In this document: one piece after another, positions 1 through 11,600 of the stretch
Layout of the letters: each line of letters opens with the position of its first letter
Position numbering within the stretch: the stretch's first letter is position 1
Origin: Azolla caroliniana
Lineage: Eukaryota > Plantae > Polypodiophyta
Length of the DNA stretch: 64,000 nt
NCBI GenBank assembly: GCA_043228905.1
Contig: JBHGNT010000010.1
Span: forward strand, 13,950,001 to 14,014,000
Direction of reading: 5' to 3'
The notes under the pieces: generated by a model
What the model was told of the DNA's origin: nothing
The model's input: only the letters and a program-made list of their open reading frames with translations
Database searches by the model: none
Made by a program: the position numbers and the translations under genes

Positions 1-1166
1 TGTATGATGTTTTTAGATGCATTGCTTCCCAAGTTAATGCATCTATGTTCTCCAGTTTGGTCATACCATGTCGTACGGGCAACCACATGTCCTTACATAC
101 CAACATGTCCCTCATTTTGGACTTCCAAATGGGTTAGTTGGATCCCATCAGTTTAATCATCCCGCCTAATGATTCGTCCATATTCCAAGTCTTTGCGGAG
201 GGTATGAACCTCTGCTCTGATACCACTTGTTGGGAATATGAGGCTGAATCGGGATGATTTAAACTTCAAACACAATTAACACTAGATGAAACCACAAGAC
301 GAAAATGAGAGTACACCAAAAATTTTAACGTGGAAAACCCAAAGTAGGGAAAAACCACGGGAACCGTAGGTTCCAAACAACTTCACTATAATTTTGAGTA
401 CAATGGAATACGACCTCACTAGAGGAGTGTATCTACCTCAAGGCAATGGACTTGGTTACAACCTTCACCCAATCGGGTGGATAGAATAACAAAGATTACA
501 AGCTAAGTACGACATCTCTAGGTTTTGACCAGAGGAATGTACAAACCTCAAGGCAGCAGCCTTGGCTACACAATAGTGGGTACAAATGAGTACGGACTCT
601 CTCTAGGTTTTGACTAGAAAAATGTACTAGCCTCAAGGCAACAACCTTGGCAACAATCTTCACCCAATTGGGTGGATATAACAACATTAAGCACAAGAAA
701 TGTGCTAGCCTCAAGGCAACAACCTTGGCTACAATCTTCAGCCGATTGGGTGGATACAACAATGATAAGCACAGGAAATGTGCTAGCCTTAAGACAACAA
801 CCTTGGCTACGATCCTCACCCGATTGGGTAGATAAACCAACAAACAAATAACCTTACAATTCTTCACCCAATTGGGTGGATAGAAAAACAAGCAAAACAG
901 GAAACAAGAAAACAACACGAAACAATTAGGTCCCGCTCTCTTTCCTCCCTATTGTCCAACGTCTATATACCTGTGTTCACACTCACACACACAAAAGACA
1001 CACACCAAAAAACATACAAGGAAAAAGGGATATGTATATATAATTATAAATAATTATCACTTTCTCCTTTTTGGCCCCACTCCCCTCCCAATCGGCTGAG
1101 CAACTCTCAGTCGGCCCTTCGGCCCCCTTCACGTTGTGGGCTCCAGTTAAGTGGATAGACCCAACA
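1..1166 (-). mobile_element. 5' end of a Ty1/Copia LTR retrotransposon (5' LTR 228-1166, Met-tRNA PBS, start of gag running off the window), inserted in the C4H gene
   Basis: GCTCTGATACCA at 214-225 is the reverse complement of the tRNA-iMet PBS TGGTATCAGAGC. The LTR has TG...CA ends at 228 and 1166. Both LTR termini resemble the Copia 3' LTR at 36874-37723. Confidence 0.9.
430..885. repeat. Degenerate tandem repeat (~80-110 bp units) inside the LTR
   Basis: The motif CCTCAAGGCAACAACCTTGGCTACAATCTTCACCCAATTGGGTGGATA recurs about 5-6 times. It explains the repetitive ORFs at 496-918. Confidence 0.85.
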
Positions 1167-2002
1167 CTATTGAGCATATCCTAGATGCGGAGAAGAATGG
1201 CAAAATCAATGAAGACAATGTTCTACACATAATCGAGAACATCAATGTGGCAGGTAGTAATGGGTTTCGTGATCTATGCTTAATACAAGTGTCCATAGTA
1301 TTCAGTGGTTTTAGTGTGATAAATTTAATGCGGAGTCTATATATAAGCGTTTGAGGTAAATTGTTTGGCTCTCTCTCTCTCTCTCTATGTGTCTCTCCAT
1401 GTACACAGCCATTGCGACCACCCTTTGGTCTGTCGAGTGGGGATTGGCAGAACTGGTGAACAACCCTGACATATAGAAGAAGGTACGCGATGAGCTCAAC
1501 ACCATGCTCGGCCAAGGCAATCTCATCTCGGAGCCAGACATCCCAAACTTGCCATATCTTCATGCCTTTATCAAGGAGACTATGAGATTGCACATTGCTA
1601 TTCCTCTGTTGGTGCCTCACATGAATCTAAAGCAGGCAAAGCTTAGGGGTTATGACATCCCGGCAGAGTAAGATGTTGGTGAATGCATGGTATCTTGCCA
1701 ACAACCCGGAGTCGTGGGATAAGCCTGAGGAGTTCCATCCTGACAGGTTTCTAGGCACCGAGAAGATTGAAGCCAATGGAAACGACTTTCGGTTCATACC
1801 CTTTGGGGTTGGGAGGAGGAGCTGCCCTGGTATCATCCTCGCAATACGTATACTGGCTATTGTTCTTGGACAGCTTGGGGCAATCCTTCGAGCTTTTGCC
1901 CACCACCCGGGCAAAACAAGGTGGACATGACAGGGAAGGGAGGGCAATTCAGCTTGTACATCATGAACAAGTCTATTGCGGTTTTGCAAACCTCTACTTT
2001 GA
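1167..2002 (+). pseudogene. CYP73A: Cinnamate 4-hydroxylase (cytochrome P450 CYP73A) pseudogene, 3' half
   Basis: Translates to IEHILDAEKNGKINEDNVLHIIENINVA|AIATTLWSVEWGLAELVNNP...KETMRL...PHMNL...FGVGRRSCPGIILA, with a GT-AG intron at 1254-1408. Lesions are a premature TAG at 1474-1476, frameshifts near 1668, 1880-1900 and 1985, and the LTR inserted mid-exon at 1166/1167. Confidence 0.93.
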
Positions 2003-2573
2003 TCAAGCTAGATCTAGTGATGATTTTAATTGCTATCTTTTTTTTCACTCAATTAATAACGTCGTGATTTTCTTATAGAACACAATACATATACATACAA
2101 ACATTAGTGTTCTAAACTCCCCTTGGGAATGAGTGATTGTAAACTTACCTGTTGTGATGCAATAAAACGTATTGTGTACTCATTCTCTCATGATGATAAT
2201 GATGATGTGTACCCAAAAATGAATGATGTTAATAATAATGATAACAATGTAACAATAGTTCGTCACAGCCACCACAAAAAGCAGTACATCAAAATTTTGT
2301 TATAAAAACAAAATGCAGTGTGTATTGGTGTGGGGGTTGATCTTGGTGTACTAGCTACTACCAAAAAGCTCCCTTTTGGGAGTTCCTTTGATCGATTACC
2401 TATCTATCTAGTTGTTTGCTGTAAATGACTAAGAGTAAGTAAGTCATGGTTGATTGATTAATTTTGCGGGTGGAGTTAAAATTTGGGAGGTGGCTCTTGC
2501 TCCATCCTACATACATACAGACATTACATATTTCGTAAATGAATCTATCCATCTAAAGACATGAATATTATTA

Positions 2574-4044
2574 TTAAAGAAAATAAGGGTGGCTCTCCAA
2601 GCTCTCCCAATTGTCGCAGGGCATATAGAATTTCTCGGCATCCCACAGGATATAAAACGGATCAAAACCCTCTGCTTTGACATGGTTAGACGCATGGTCG
2701 GTGAAGGGACTGAACTCACAATGGTTATTGGTGGTGAAGTCCACAGTGGAAGAATCACAACTCCTGGGTCCATCCAGACAGCTTGTGACACCTAGCATAT
2801 GCATGTATGTATGTACGTATTTTGTAAGTGTGTCAGTATAAATTATTTATACGTGTGTAGGAATTGATTTTGTGTTTACCTGAATCATGATCAACAGTAA
2901 CAGAAGAGACAGAAGGGGTTGTGTCCTGTGTCATTGGTGGTGGTGGTGGCGGTGGCGGCGGCGGCTGGAGGATGGCAGACGCGTTATTTACCAGCTTGGG
3001 GTACTGAAGCCCATACAGGTAGCTGGCAGTGGCCACAGTCCTCCGGAACACATGGTTCATAACTGTACCGGAAGCAGCAGCAGCAGCAGCAGCGGTGGTG
3101 GTGGTGGTGAAAGCACCGGACGCTGGAGGCAATTGCTGTGATAGAACCAGAGCAGGAGCAGGAGCAGCAGCAGGAGCAGCAGTAGTGGGAGGGGAAGCTG
3201 GCGCTGAGTTATAGAATTCATGCATCTCTTGTTTAGGCATTAGAGCAGGTCCAGTATCGGAATTAGATGTGGTAAGCACAGAATCCCTCATCATTGCCAG
3301 CCCAGACCAGCAGTCAAAGCATCTACACGCCGATGACCCTCCAAGCTCATCCCCGGCATGGCTCCACAAAAGCAGATCAGATTCATCCTTTATACTACTA
3401 CTACTACTAGCCACCTCGTGGTCTGCAGCTGCAGCAGTCATGGCATGGGTGGCAGCGGTTAATCCACGACATGCACACGTGCATGTGCATGAGCAGGAGG
3501 CAGTGGTACCCATAATCCCTGGGGTGGTGCCAATATTTCGGAGATAGGTGAAGTAAGCAGGAAGGCAGTTTTCCATCTTGAACGTGATGTGGTTGTAGAA
3601 GAGGCGGCGATGATGATGATGATGCTTGCGAGGAGTGAAGGAGGAGGCGGCAGCAGCAGCGGCATCATGTTTCTCCTGCATGTTGTTATCGTAACTATAT
3701 TGATCATTATGGTTGGACAATATATTATTATTATCATGTGGGAAGGAAGAGGAAGAGGAAGAGGAGGAGGAGGAAGAAGATGAAGATGGAGGAGGAGGAA
3801 GATGGAGAGGTGGGGTGGAGGAGGAGGAGGAGGAGGAGGGGGAGGGGAGGTGTGGGTGGCGGAGGCGGTGCAGATGGTAGAAACGGCCGTCCTCCCCCTC
3901 CACCAAAAGCTGGACTTGGCAGCCGCACATGGAGGCCAGTTCATGAGCTTTCTTGAAGAGGCCCTTGCATCGTTTCGAAAATGTCTCCTTGCGGTCCTGC
4001 TCCTTCCGCCTCAGTTTGCTCGGGCATACCTTCCGCCGCCCCAT
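2574..4044 (-). CDS. MADS-box transcription factor, type I-like (no K-box); exons 4044-2880 and 2791-2574, ~460 aa
   Basis: The N-terminus MGRRKVCPSKLRRKEQDRKETFSKRCKGLFKKAHELASMCGCQVQLLV is a MADS/SRF domain. An 88-bp intron at 2879-2792 (GTAAAC...CTAG, phase 1) joins it in frame to ORF 2574-2804. The remainder is low-complexity. Confidence 0.88.
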
Positions 4045-4065
4045 ACCTACCACCACAGTCGTCGT

Positions 4066-4102
<37 letters not shown>
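4066..4102. repeat. (CTA)n microsatellite just upstream of the MADS start codon
   Basis: About 12 perfect CTA units. Confidence 0.95.
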
Positions 4103-4104
<2 letters not shown>

Positions 4105-4693
4105 ATAATAAAACCGACAAAACAAAGATCAATACATACAATAAATAACACACCTCCTCCTCCTCCTGTCGCCCAACCTTAAAAATCTCCTGCTCCTTCA
4201 CTCTTGTAAGTGTGCGTTTTTCCTTTCCCCTTCCTTGACTTTCTCTCGCTCTTCTCTTCTTTATTTATCTCTCCTCCCCCCTCCCTCCGTGCTTTTTTTC
4301 CTTTTGCTTCCTACTAAAATAGCTATTTCATCCACATCTATACATTATGTCCGACGATAAAAAGAAAACTTGTCATGTCATGCGTCAAACTAGCTAGCTT
4401 TTCGCGTTACAGCTGCCTGGTTGTGGGAGCACGTGCGTGTGTCTAAATTGTAATGAGTGAATTTATCCAAGTATCTGTATGTGTAATGTATGTATCAAAT
4501 CGGTCAGGGCATAATACAAGATGCATCTGAACAGATAAGAGTAAGGGGAACTAACAATGCTGGCTGTGAATCAAGTCACCACGCACTATAGATTTACACT
4601 ATTTCCATGCATAGTCTGTGCATACATTAGTTAGCCTCTCGTTTTATCAGCACTCTCACTTCCCCAAAAACCAACTGAAGAAAACTTGAGCAT

Positions 4694-4770
4694 GTGCCCT
4701 ATCTTCGTATGCAAATCAAGCATTTTCGTCTTGCCCGTGCCCTATCTTCGTATGCAAATCAAGCATTTTC
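4694..4770. repeat. 34-bp direct repeat with a 9-bp spacer in the MADS upstream region
   Basis: GTGCCCTATCTTCGTATGCAAATCAAGCATTTTC occurs at 4694-4727 and 4737-4770. Confidence 0.9.
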
Positions 4771-5959
4771 TCTACTACATGTGTTCCTCGTGAAATACAT
4801 TCAACATGTTGCATTTTCTCCTTATGTAATACCAAACGCCACTATCAGGGAGTGATAATCCATAGACACCTTCAAGAAACAATATAATATGTATCCTTTC
4901 GCTTCCTTCAAGATGTTTATTCATTATTGTGCAAAGAGAGTTGGTTTCCAGGATGTCAACCCAGGGCATAGATTCCTTGTATTCTGATCATGGTGATGAT
5001 CACAAAGTTCTTCAGAACAGAACTTTAATCTATTTTAAGACAATGATTTCTTGCAATGAGTTGAGTATTTCTTACTATAAGTGGATTGCAGGAAGTTGAT
5101 TGAAGGACTGTAATTTGGCATCTAGTACAATGGTTTATAGAGCAGACATAAAAGCCAGGTATACTGTATTATGTGGTTAACGTTGCGTAAGGAGGTGAAA
5201 CAGTGTCCAAAAAGCCAATCGAGGTTAGTATGTTCTAGACAGTTAACATATCATACATATTCTATTTATTCAACAATCCTTTCATGTCCATGACACAAAA
5301 ACAACGAAGAATTTATCAAATGCATGCAATAGATTCTCATATCTCATAAATGCAGAAGAAGAAACATAAATATAATGAAACCTTTGGTATCTCATTTCTT
5401 ATAATTTCTTATATTAAGCACCCAAGGGTCTTTGAAAAGAAGGGCAGACACCATGTGTGCTAATTCCAGGATAGCTAACAAAACTCGCTCAGACAAGTAT
5501 CTGGGAAGCTGTAATAAGAATGTGCCAAAGTTACTAGCAAGACCTTGGCTCATTCTTGAGAAAGGATGTTTTATTTTATCATGAGCTTAAATTAAAGTAA
5601 AGGTTTAAGTTTTATTCGAATCAATTATAGTGAAATCCAATTTGACAAGAAATCACAAAGGCATAAAAATAAAGTTCCCTGGAAAAGCAGAGTCATGCAT
5701 TTTGAGAAACGAAAACCATGATTCCATTGCTGGAACCCTATCGTTCCTCGAAAACTATCTGAAGATGCTGGAGCACAAATGGCATGCTAGATGTCACAAG
5801 CAACCACATCAAAGTCATTTTGGAAACAAACCAACCCTTTCTGATCCAAAACCATTCGTAAAAAGCCTACATGTGACATGTGGTAAGAGCAAAGTGAATT
5901 TGGAACCTCACATACCGTTTATTCAGACTCTTAAACATAGATTGTGTACTGATATCAGG

Positions 5960-7194
5960 CTACTTTCCCCATCTTGATAATATCAACAATCCAATGACAG
6001 AGAAACAGAGAGATGCAAATGTTACAACTACAACCAGAAATGCATAAATTTGTTTTGGCAATTTGAGGACTTCCTGTATTCGTTTTAGGCCTCTATCAAT
6101 AAGTGGAGCAAGGGCTGCAGCTCCAGCAACCCGGAACGGTCTCGTGACATTGTTCCCCGTCCACATCAATACCACAATCTGAACATAATAAGTAGAGACA
6201 AATGATGGGTTTATGAGATGGTATCAATAAATCCAACATAATGTGTATTGTGACATAGCTCTAATAAATCTGTGTAGTTAGCTAAAATATAGTAGTATAC
6301 ATGCACTTACTCCAAGTAGAGCCTGAATATTAGCAGCAGGGTTCTTGCCAGTGCTTTTCTCATAACCCAGAAACGCCAACACAAAGAATGTGGTGTAAGT
6401 TATACCATCAAAGAGACCGTAAGCCAGAATTGCTGCCAATCCCAGCTTAGCAACCTGTTCTTTCATCTTTGCAGCATTGCTCTGTATCCACACTGAGAAC
6501 CATTAATTCTACACATTACATACATCTTCACTGCACAACATCCCAAATATGAGCATATATATATACATGCTGGGTGAAATTTCCTACCATTTCAACACAC
6601 ACAGAGAGTACACCTAGTGTCTATATAGATAGATGTGTGTATACACTATTACTCTATGTGGATGCTACTAAAACTCCATTGGTCCTTCTTTTAAGTTTTT
6701 AGAGCAATTTATGTGTGTTTTTCTTCAATGATTCGGTGATTCCTGAACCATATATGCAAGGGTTCTGTGTATTTACACCACATGGATTACATGAAATTTG
6801 TTTTCTTTTGTACATCGAGTGTGAGTGGCGGAGGTGGAGGTGAGAAAAGAAAACCTGAAGCCCATTAACTTTCGTAAAGAAACTTTGGCGTTTCGTCTCC
6901 TGCAGATGTAATCCGAGAGAAGTTGAGGTTGATAAATTAGCATGAGTTTGAGGAAATGAGGGAAAAGAAATTTACCTGATACAAGTCTGGCTGGGTTGGG
7001 GAAATATATTCATCATCAGGTGCAGAGGAGGAGGAGGAAGAAGAAGATGCATATGGCCGAACAGTCAAGCGAGTACCAGGGAGGCGAACAGAGCAACGTC
7101 GATGATGGAGGCAGACTGGCAAGGAGGGATATTGAGGGGTGCGACTGTGTGAATTTGGTGTGTAGGTCAGCACTGGCAGCAGCCCCGTTGCCAT
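5960..7194 (-). CDS. Uncharacterised, probably plastid-targeted membrane protein; exons approx. 7194-6976, 6899-6855, 6481-6311, 6178-5960
   Basis: Ser/Arg/Pro-rich transit-peptide-like N-terminus and canonical GT-AG introns in phase 0. Hydrophobic core KLGLAAILAYGLFDGITYTTFFVLAF...ALLG|IVVLMWTGNNVTRPFRVAGAAALAP. The exon 3 acceptor is uncertain. Confidence 0.85.
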
Positions 7195-8049
7195 AGCTGC
7201 GGTGTATCAGTAGGTATGTATGTATGTATGTATGTTGGTTGTCTTGGCACAGACTCAGAGTTTGACGCAGCTTCCACATTATCGATATTTGAAGAAGCCA
7301 AGAAAATCATCACACCAACTGGCAACACTCAAAACTTAAATGCTAGCGGAATTCGAATCAGGTGACCAACCACCAAAGGGGTGATGACGATGCTCGACTC
7401 GGTGACACCTACCCAATGCAAGATAGCCCATGTAGAGGCCAAGGTATGTGCTCAAACCAATCACCCGTCTACAACAAAGGTGGTTGTAGCCACGGGCCAT
7501 ACCTAGATTATCGGTCTCTAATCGAGTCGGTCTGACTCCTACATTACGAATTGACACTTGGGTTGCAGGTCATGAATAAAGTCCAAGCTTACGTCCTTCT
7601 TCGGTAAAGTGAACCATCGATTTGAGTGCGGCGCACCGGAAAGTTCGAGGCCTATGTTTACTTGTCCCCTTCTTTCTGGTGTCGCGAAAATACGACGAGG
7701 ACACAAGATCTTAAGGCAAGACCCCGGGGCCTCTGACCAGAGGATATGACATTCATGCGTTTATATTTTTAACAATTAATGGAAAGAAGAAATTTAATAA
7801 TTTTTCATTAGCAAAGGAAAAGAAATTACAATATGTCCTAAGATTGGGATTCAGAAGTTTAGGTTTACTATGTTTAATAGAAAAGAAAAATTAGGGTTTT
7901 TTGAGTGTTATGGTTTCGATCAGATAAGAGAGCTAAGAAGGAAAATAAAAATAAAAAAATATGGAGAGAGGATGAGTGTAAAAAAAAAATGGAATATATA
8001 TGGAGTTCTCCGTTGATCATAGTCTTTCGTGTTACTTTGCATGTCCACT

Positions 8050-8145
8050 TTGAGTTGCATGGCCTCTACTTTTAGTTGCATGGCCTCTACTTTTAGTTGC
8101 ATCCATTTTTAGTTACATGGCTTTTTCTTTTAGTTGCATGCGACC
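8050..8145. repeat. 21-bp tandem repeat inside the Gypsy LTR
   Basis: AGTTGCATGGCCTCTACTTTT-type units, about 4-5 degenerate copies. Confidence 0.8.
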
Positions 8146-8334
8146 GTCCACATGACCTTTACTTTAGTTTTCTTTAAATTACTTTAATTAGCCACATGAT
8201 CCTATCATCTGTCCGTCTCGATCATCGCCCATCCAATCCGTCTGGTCCGCGTCCAGCCTCGTCCGATCACCGGTTCTGTCCGATCGCCGATTATCGGATC
8301 CGCCCGGTTTCCGACACCATCCGATTGCAGATTT

Positions 8335-8610
8335 CGCCGATTCCGGTCCTTTTACCAGTCGGTTCCAGATTGCTTTCCGGCCGATTCCAGTTTGCTCACC
8401 GGCCGGTTCCGGATTGCTTACCGACCGGTTCCGGTTTGCTTACCAGCCGGTTCCGGATTGCTTACCGGCCGGTTCCGGATTGTTGTCCGGCTGATTCCGG
8501 TTTGCTTACCGACCGGTTCCGGTTTGCTTTTCGGCCGGTTTCGAATTACTTACCGACCGGTTCTGGTTTGTTTTACGGCCAGTTCCATTTTATTGCCAAT
8601 CGGTTTTTGG
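8335..8610. repeat. 22-bp GC-rich minisatellite inside the Gypsy LTR
   Basis: CCGGCCGGTTCCGGATTGCTTA-type units, about 12 copies. They explain ORFs 8196-8636 and 8392-8676. Confidence 0.9.
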
Positions 8611-11600
8611 GAACTTGGCCACATTCATCTATCTAGACAAAGTGGCCAAAGTGCTCTTAGCACAAATGAAAAATGAGGGATCTTAATGTGCTTACATAGC
8701 CAGGGCCTTAAGTTTCCTATCTATGTGGGATACTTCAAAATTCTATTTTCCCTATCTTCTCAAGCTTCATGTCCACCTAACTTGATATGTAGTTGTCTAT
8801 TTTGTATGTAGTAAAATGCGTTTTGAAACTCTTGAGTACATCAATATTTCTATAACAAGCTACTAATCTAATCTAAAATAATTAGTTCATTATTTTTTTA
8901 CATAGTGTGTGAAGATTCACACGACATTCGCCCCCACCAAACCTTCACATCCACCGGTATGTGCCAATTTAAGTGAGGCTCCACTTTTGATTACTTTACT
9001 TTTTCGTCGATGCTCAAGACAGAATCGTCAAAAGCTTCGAATCCAATTTCTATTCTATCTCTTCTCTTGAAGATCTTGATTCTTTTACCGGCAATTGGCA
9101 AGTCAAGTGGTGTACCATCCAATTGTACTAAATGATATGTTGCATTTTCTTCCACTTTCTTCACCACATATGGTCCAAACCATCGTTGTGAAAATTTTCA
9201 AGCTGTACTATGTTGGTTGTCTAGGCTACTATCATAGACTAGCACCCAATCTCCTTCAACGATTTTCCTCGGGCAAAGTCGATGTCGTTTATCGAAGTCT
9301 TTCTTGTTCTTTAGTCGCGCTTTAGCCACTTCTATATCTTCCAAATTCCGCTCCAACTAACGAATCCTCAATGCTAGAAGATCTTCTCTACTTATCTCAT
9401 CTTACCATGGCAATGCAAACCATGAAATAATACTTTGTTCTACAGGCATTATCGGCTTTTGTCCGAATATGAGCTCTGTCGGCATGTATCCTGTCACCGT
9501 GCTATGAGTAGTCCTGTCAGCCCATAGTGCAAATGGCAATAGACGCGACCATTCTCCTATTTTCCCATGGCAAGCTTTCACTAGAGCCTTCACAATCGGT
9601 CCATGTCCACGTTCCACTTTCCCATTTGCTTTCGGATTATACGCCATGGTAAGAGATAATTTGATTCCCATCCTAGAGAAGAATTCTCTAGCTTCATTGG
9701 CGTCTAGCTCGCCTCTATCAGCCACTATCTTGCCGACACATCCATATCTGCAAATAACATCTTCAAGAAGGAATCTGCATACCGATGATGTCTCCTTAGT
9801 TCTCAATGCTCGCCCTTCAACTTGATTGGTAAGATCCTCTCTCACGAGCACAAGATACTTCATCTGCCATCCCCCCATTGGCATCATCGCGATGTCCACC
9901 ATCCACTTGTAATGCATAGCCAACGAGTAAGTCGGATGAAGTTCATCTCGATGGCGAATATTCGAAAACATCTGACATTCCTTACATGTTTCCACATAAG
10001 TTGCTACATCTTTGTAAATGCCCGGCCACCAATATTTCTCCTTAGGCTTCGCAAACGTAGCCCATATTCCTCGATGGCCTGCAAAAACACTATCATGAAA
10101 TTCAGACATTAGTTTTTGTCGGTCTTCTAGCTTGCAGACAACTCTCATTGGAGTCCCATTCTTTTTTTTTGCATGCCTCCAAAGAGCTCCATCCTTAAGA
10201 AAATACTTGTATGCCTTCTTCCGAATTCGATGGAAGTCTTCCGGCAAGCAAAAGGGTGGGCGCCACTAGCATGTCTTCCGTCGACCATGATTCATCTTTT
10301 TGGAGAGAACTCAAGTATTTCCCGATCTCCACGAATTCGCCTTCGTAATCCTCTTCTATGAAAGTAGTCAGCACCCGAGCGTAGGAACTTGTAAAGAAAT
10401 CCAAGCCAACATCCTCTTCATTAGAATGTCGATCTTCTTCTCCATTGTATCTCGCTTGTGATAGCATATCTGCAACGACATTACGCTTCCCAGTTATATG
10501 ATGGATCTCTAGGTTGAGTGATTTGAGCCAAAAGCTTTGGCGGAGATTGTTATTTTCCCGATATATGCAATCCAACGCAACATGGCAATATCCAGTGTAC
10601 TACAACCAGATATCATACCCAAAATTGGTAGGCAATCTGTCTCAATTATGACTTCTGCTCCAATAAGGTAATCACGATCATATTTGATTGCTGAGACGAT
10701 TCCCCATAGTTCCCTCTTCACTTGGGCATACCTTCTTTGCCTGTCACTTAACACTTTCACGCCAAACCGAATTGCATATCGGTTGCAATCTTCATCTTCT
10801 TGGTTGATAACCCATCCGATTCCGATTGGACTAGTATCCACGGTCACGAAAATTGACTTGTCATATGAATAGTCCGCTTTCCGTAATGCAGGTGCCTCCA
10901 TCAATAATTTCTTCAGCCTTCGGATGGCGATTGCATGCTCGCTCGTCCATTCGAACATCCGCTTCTTCTTTAGTAGACCATATAATGGCTCAACAATGTG
11001 GGCGTAGTGTGGAATCCAAATATGATAAAATGCGCATGCTCCAAGGAACCTTCAAACCTCCGTTTGGGTTACGCATTCTTCTTTCATGTCTTGGATTGCA
11101 TTCACCTTGGATGGCGAAGGCTTCCGACTGTATGCTCCACACAAGTGACCTACCACCAAGATCTCTGGTTGCCCGAATGTAGATTTTTCTCCCAAAAATG
11201 TCAAATTCGCATATTCGACCCTTTGGAGCACCTTCTCGCAATCTTTCATATGATCCACGACGAACTTTCTACATCCATCCTTATCTTTTGATTCATCCTT
11301 CTCTCATCCGAACATCCTTTTATCGGAATATCATCCAAGAATGGCATCGTGATATCCGGGATGCAATCCTTCAAGACCTTGTTCATGGCGTTCATTATAT
11401 GAGCCACCGAGTTCGTCACACCTTGAGGTAAGGTACACATCCGCACCAACCCGATAGGAGTTCTCATGGTTGTAATGTCACGACTGTCGACCGCCAACTG
11501 GAATTGATCGTAGCCAGAGTAGGGATCACCAATGGAGTAGATCGACCGACCCGCAAACACCTCAGCAATTTCATCCACACTTGGACCGATTCCAGCATTC

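Noticed and set aside
2887-4182. Multiple plus-strand ORFs overlapping the MADS gene
   Set aside because: Antisense shadows of trinucleotide-repeat coding sequence.
4310-4330. MEF2/CArG-like site CTAAAATAG upstream of the MADS gene
   Set aside because: One base short of CTA(A/T)4TAG and expected by chance in AT-rich DNA.
4430-4435. G-box CACGTG upstream of the MADS gene
   Set aside because: A single hexamer with no supporting context.
6675-6760. Possible extra exon in the membrane-protein gene
   Set aside because: Stops occur in all frames after the candidate acceptors.
7336-7560. B-box-like GATTCGAATT and possible SINE
   Set aside because: No convincing A-box, tail or TSD found.
8196-8676. 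Arg/Pro-rich repeat ORFs and a CRISPR-like look
   Set aside because: Head-to-tail 22-bp minisatellite without unique spacers, inside an LTR; eukaryotic context with no cas genes.
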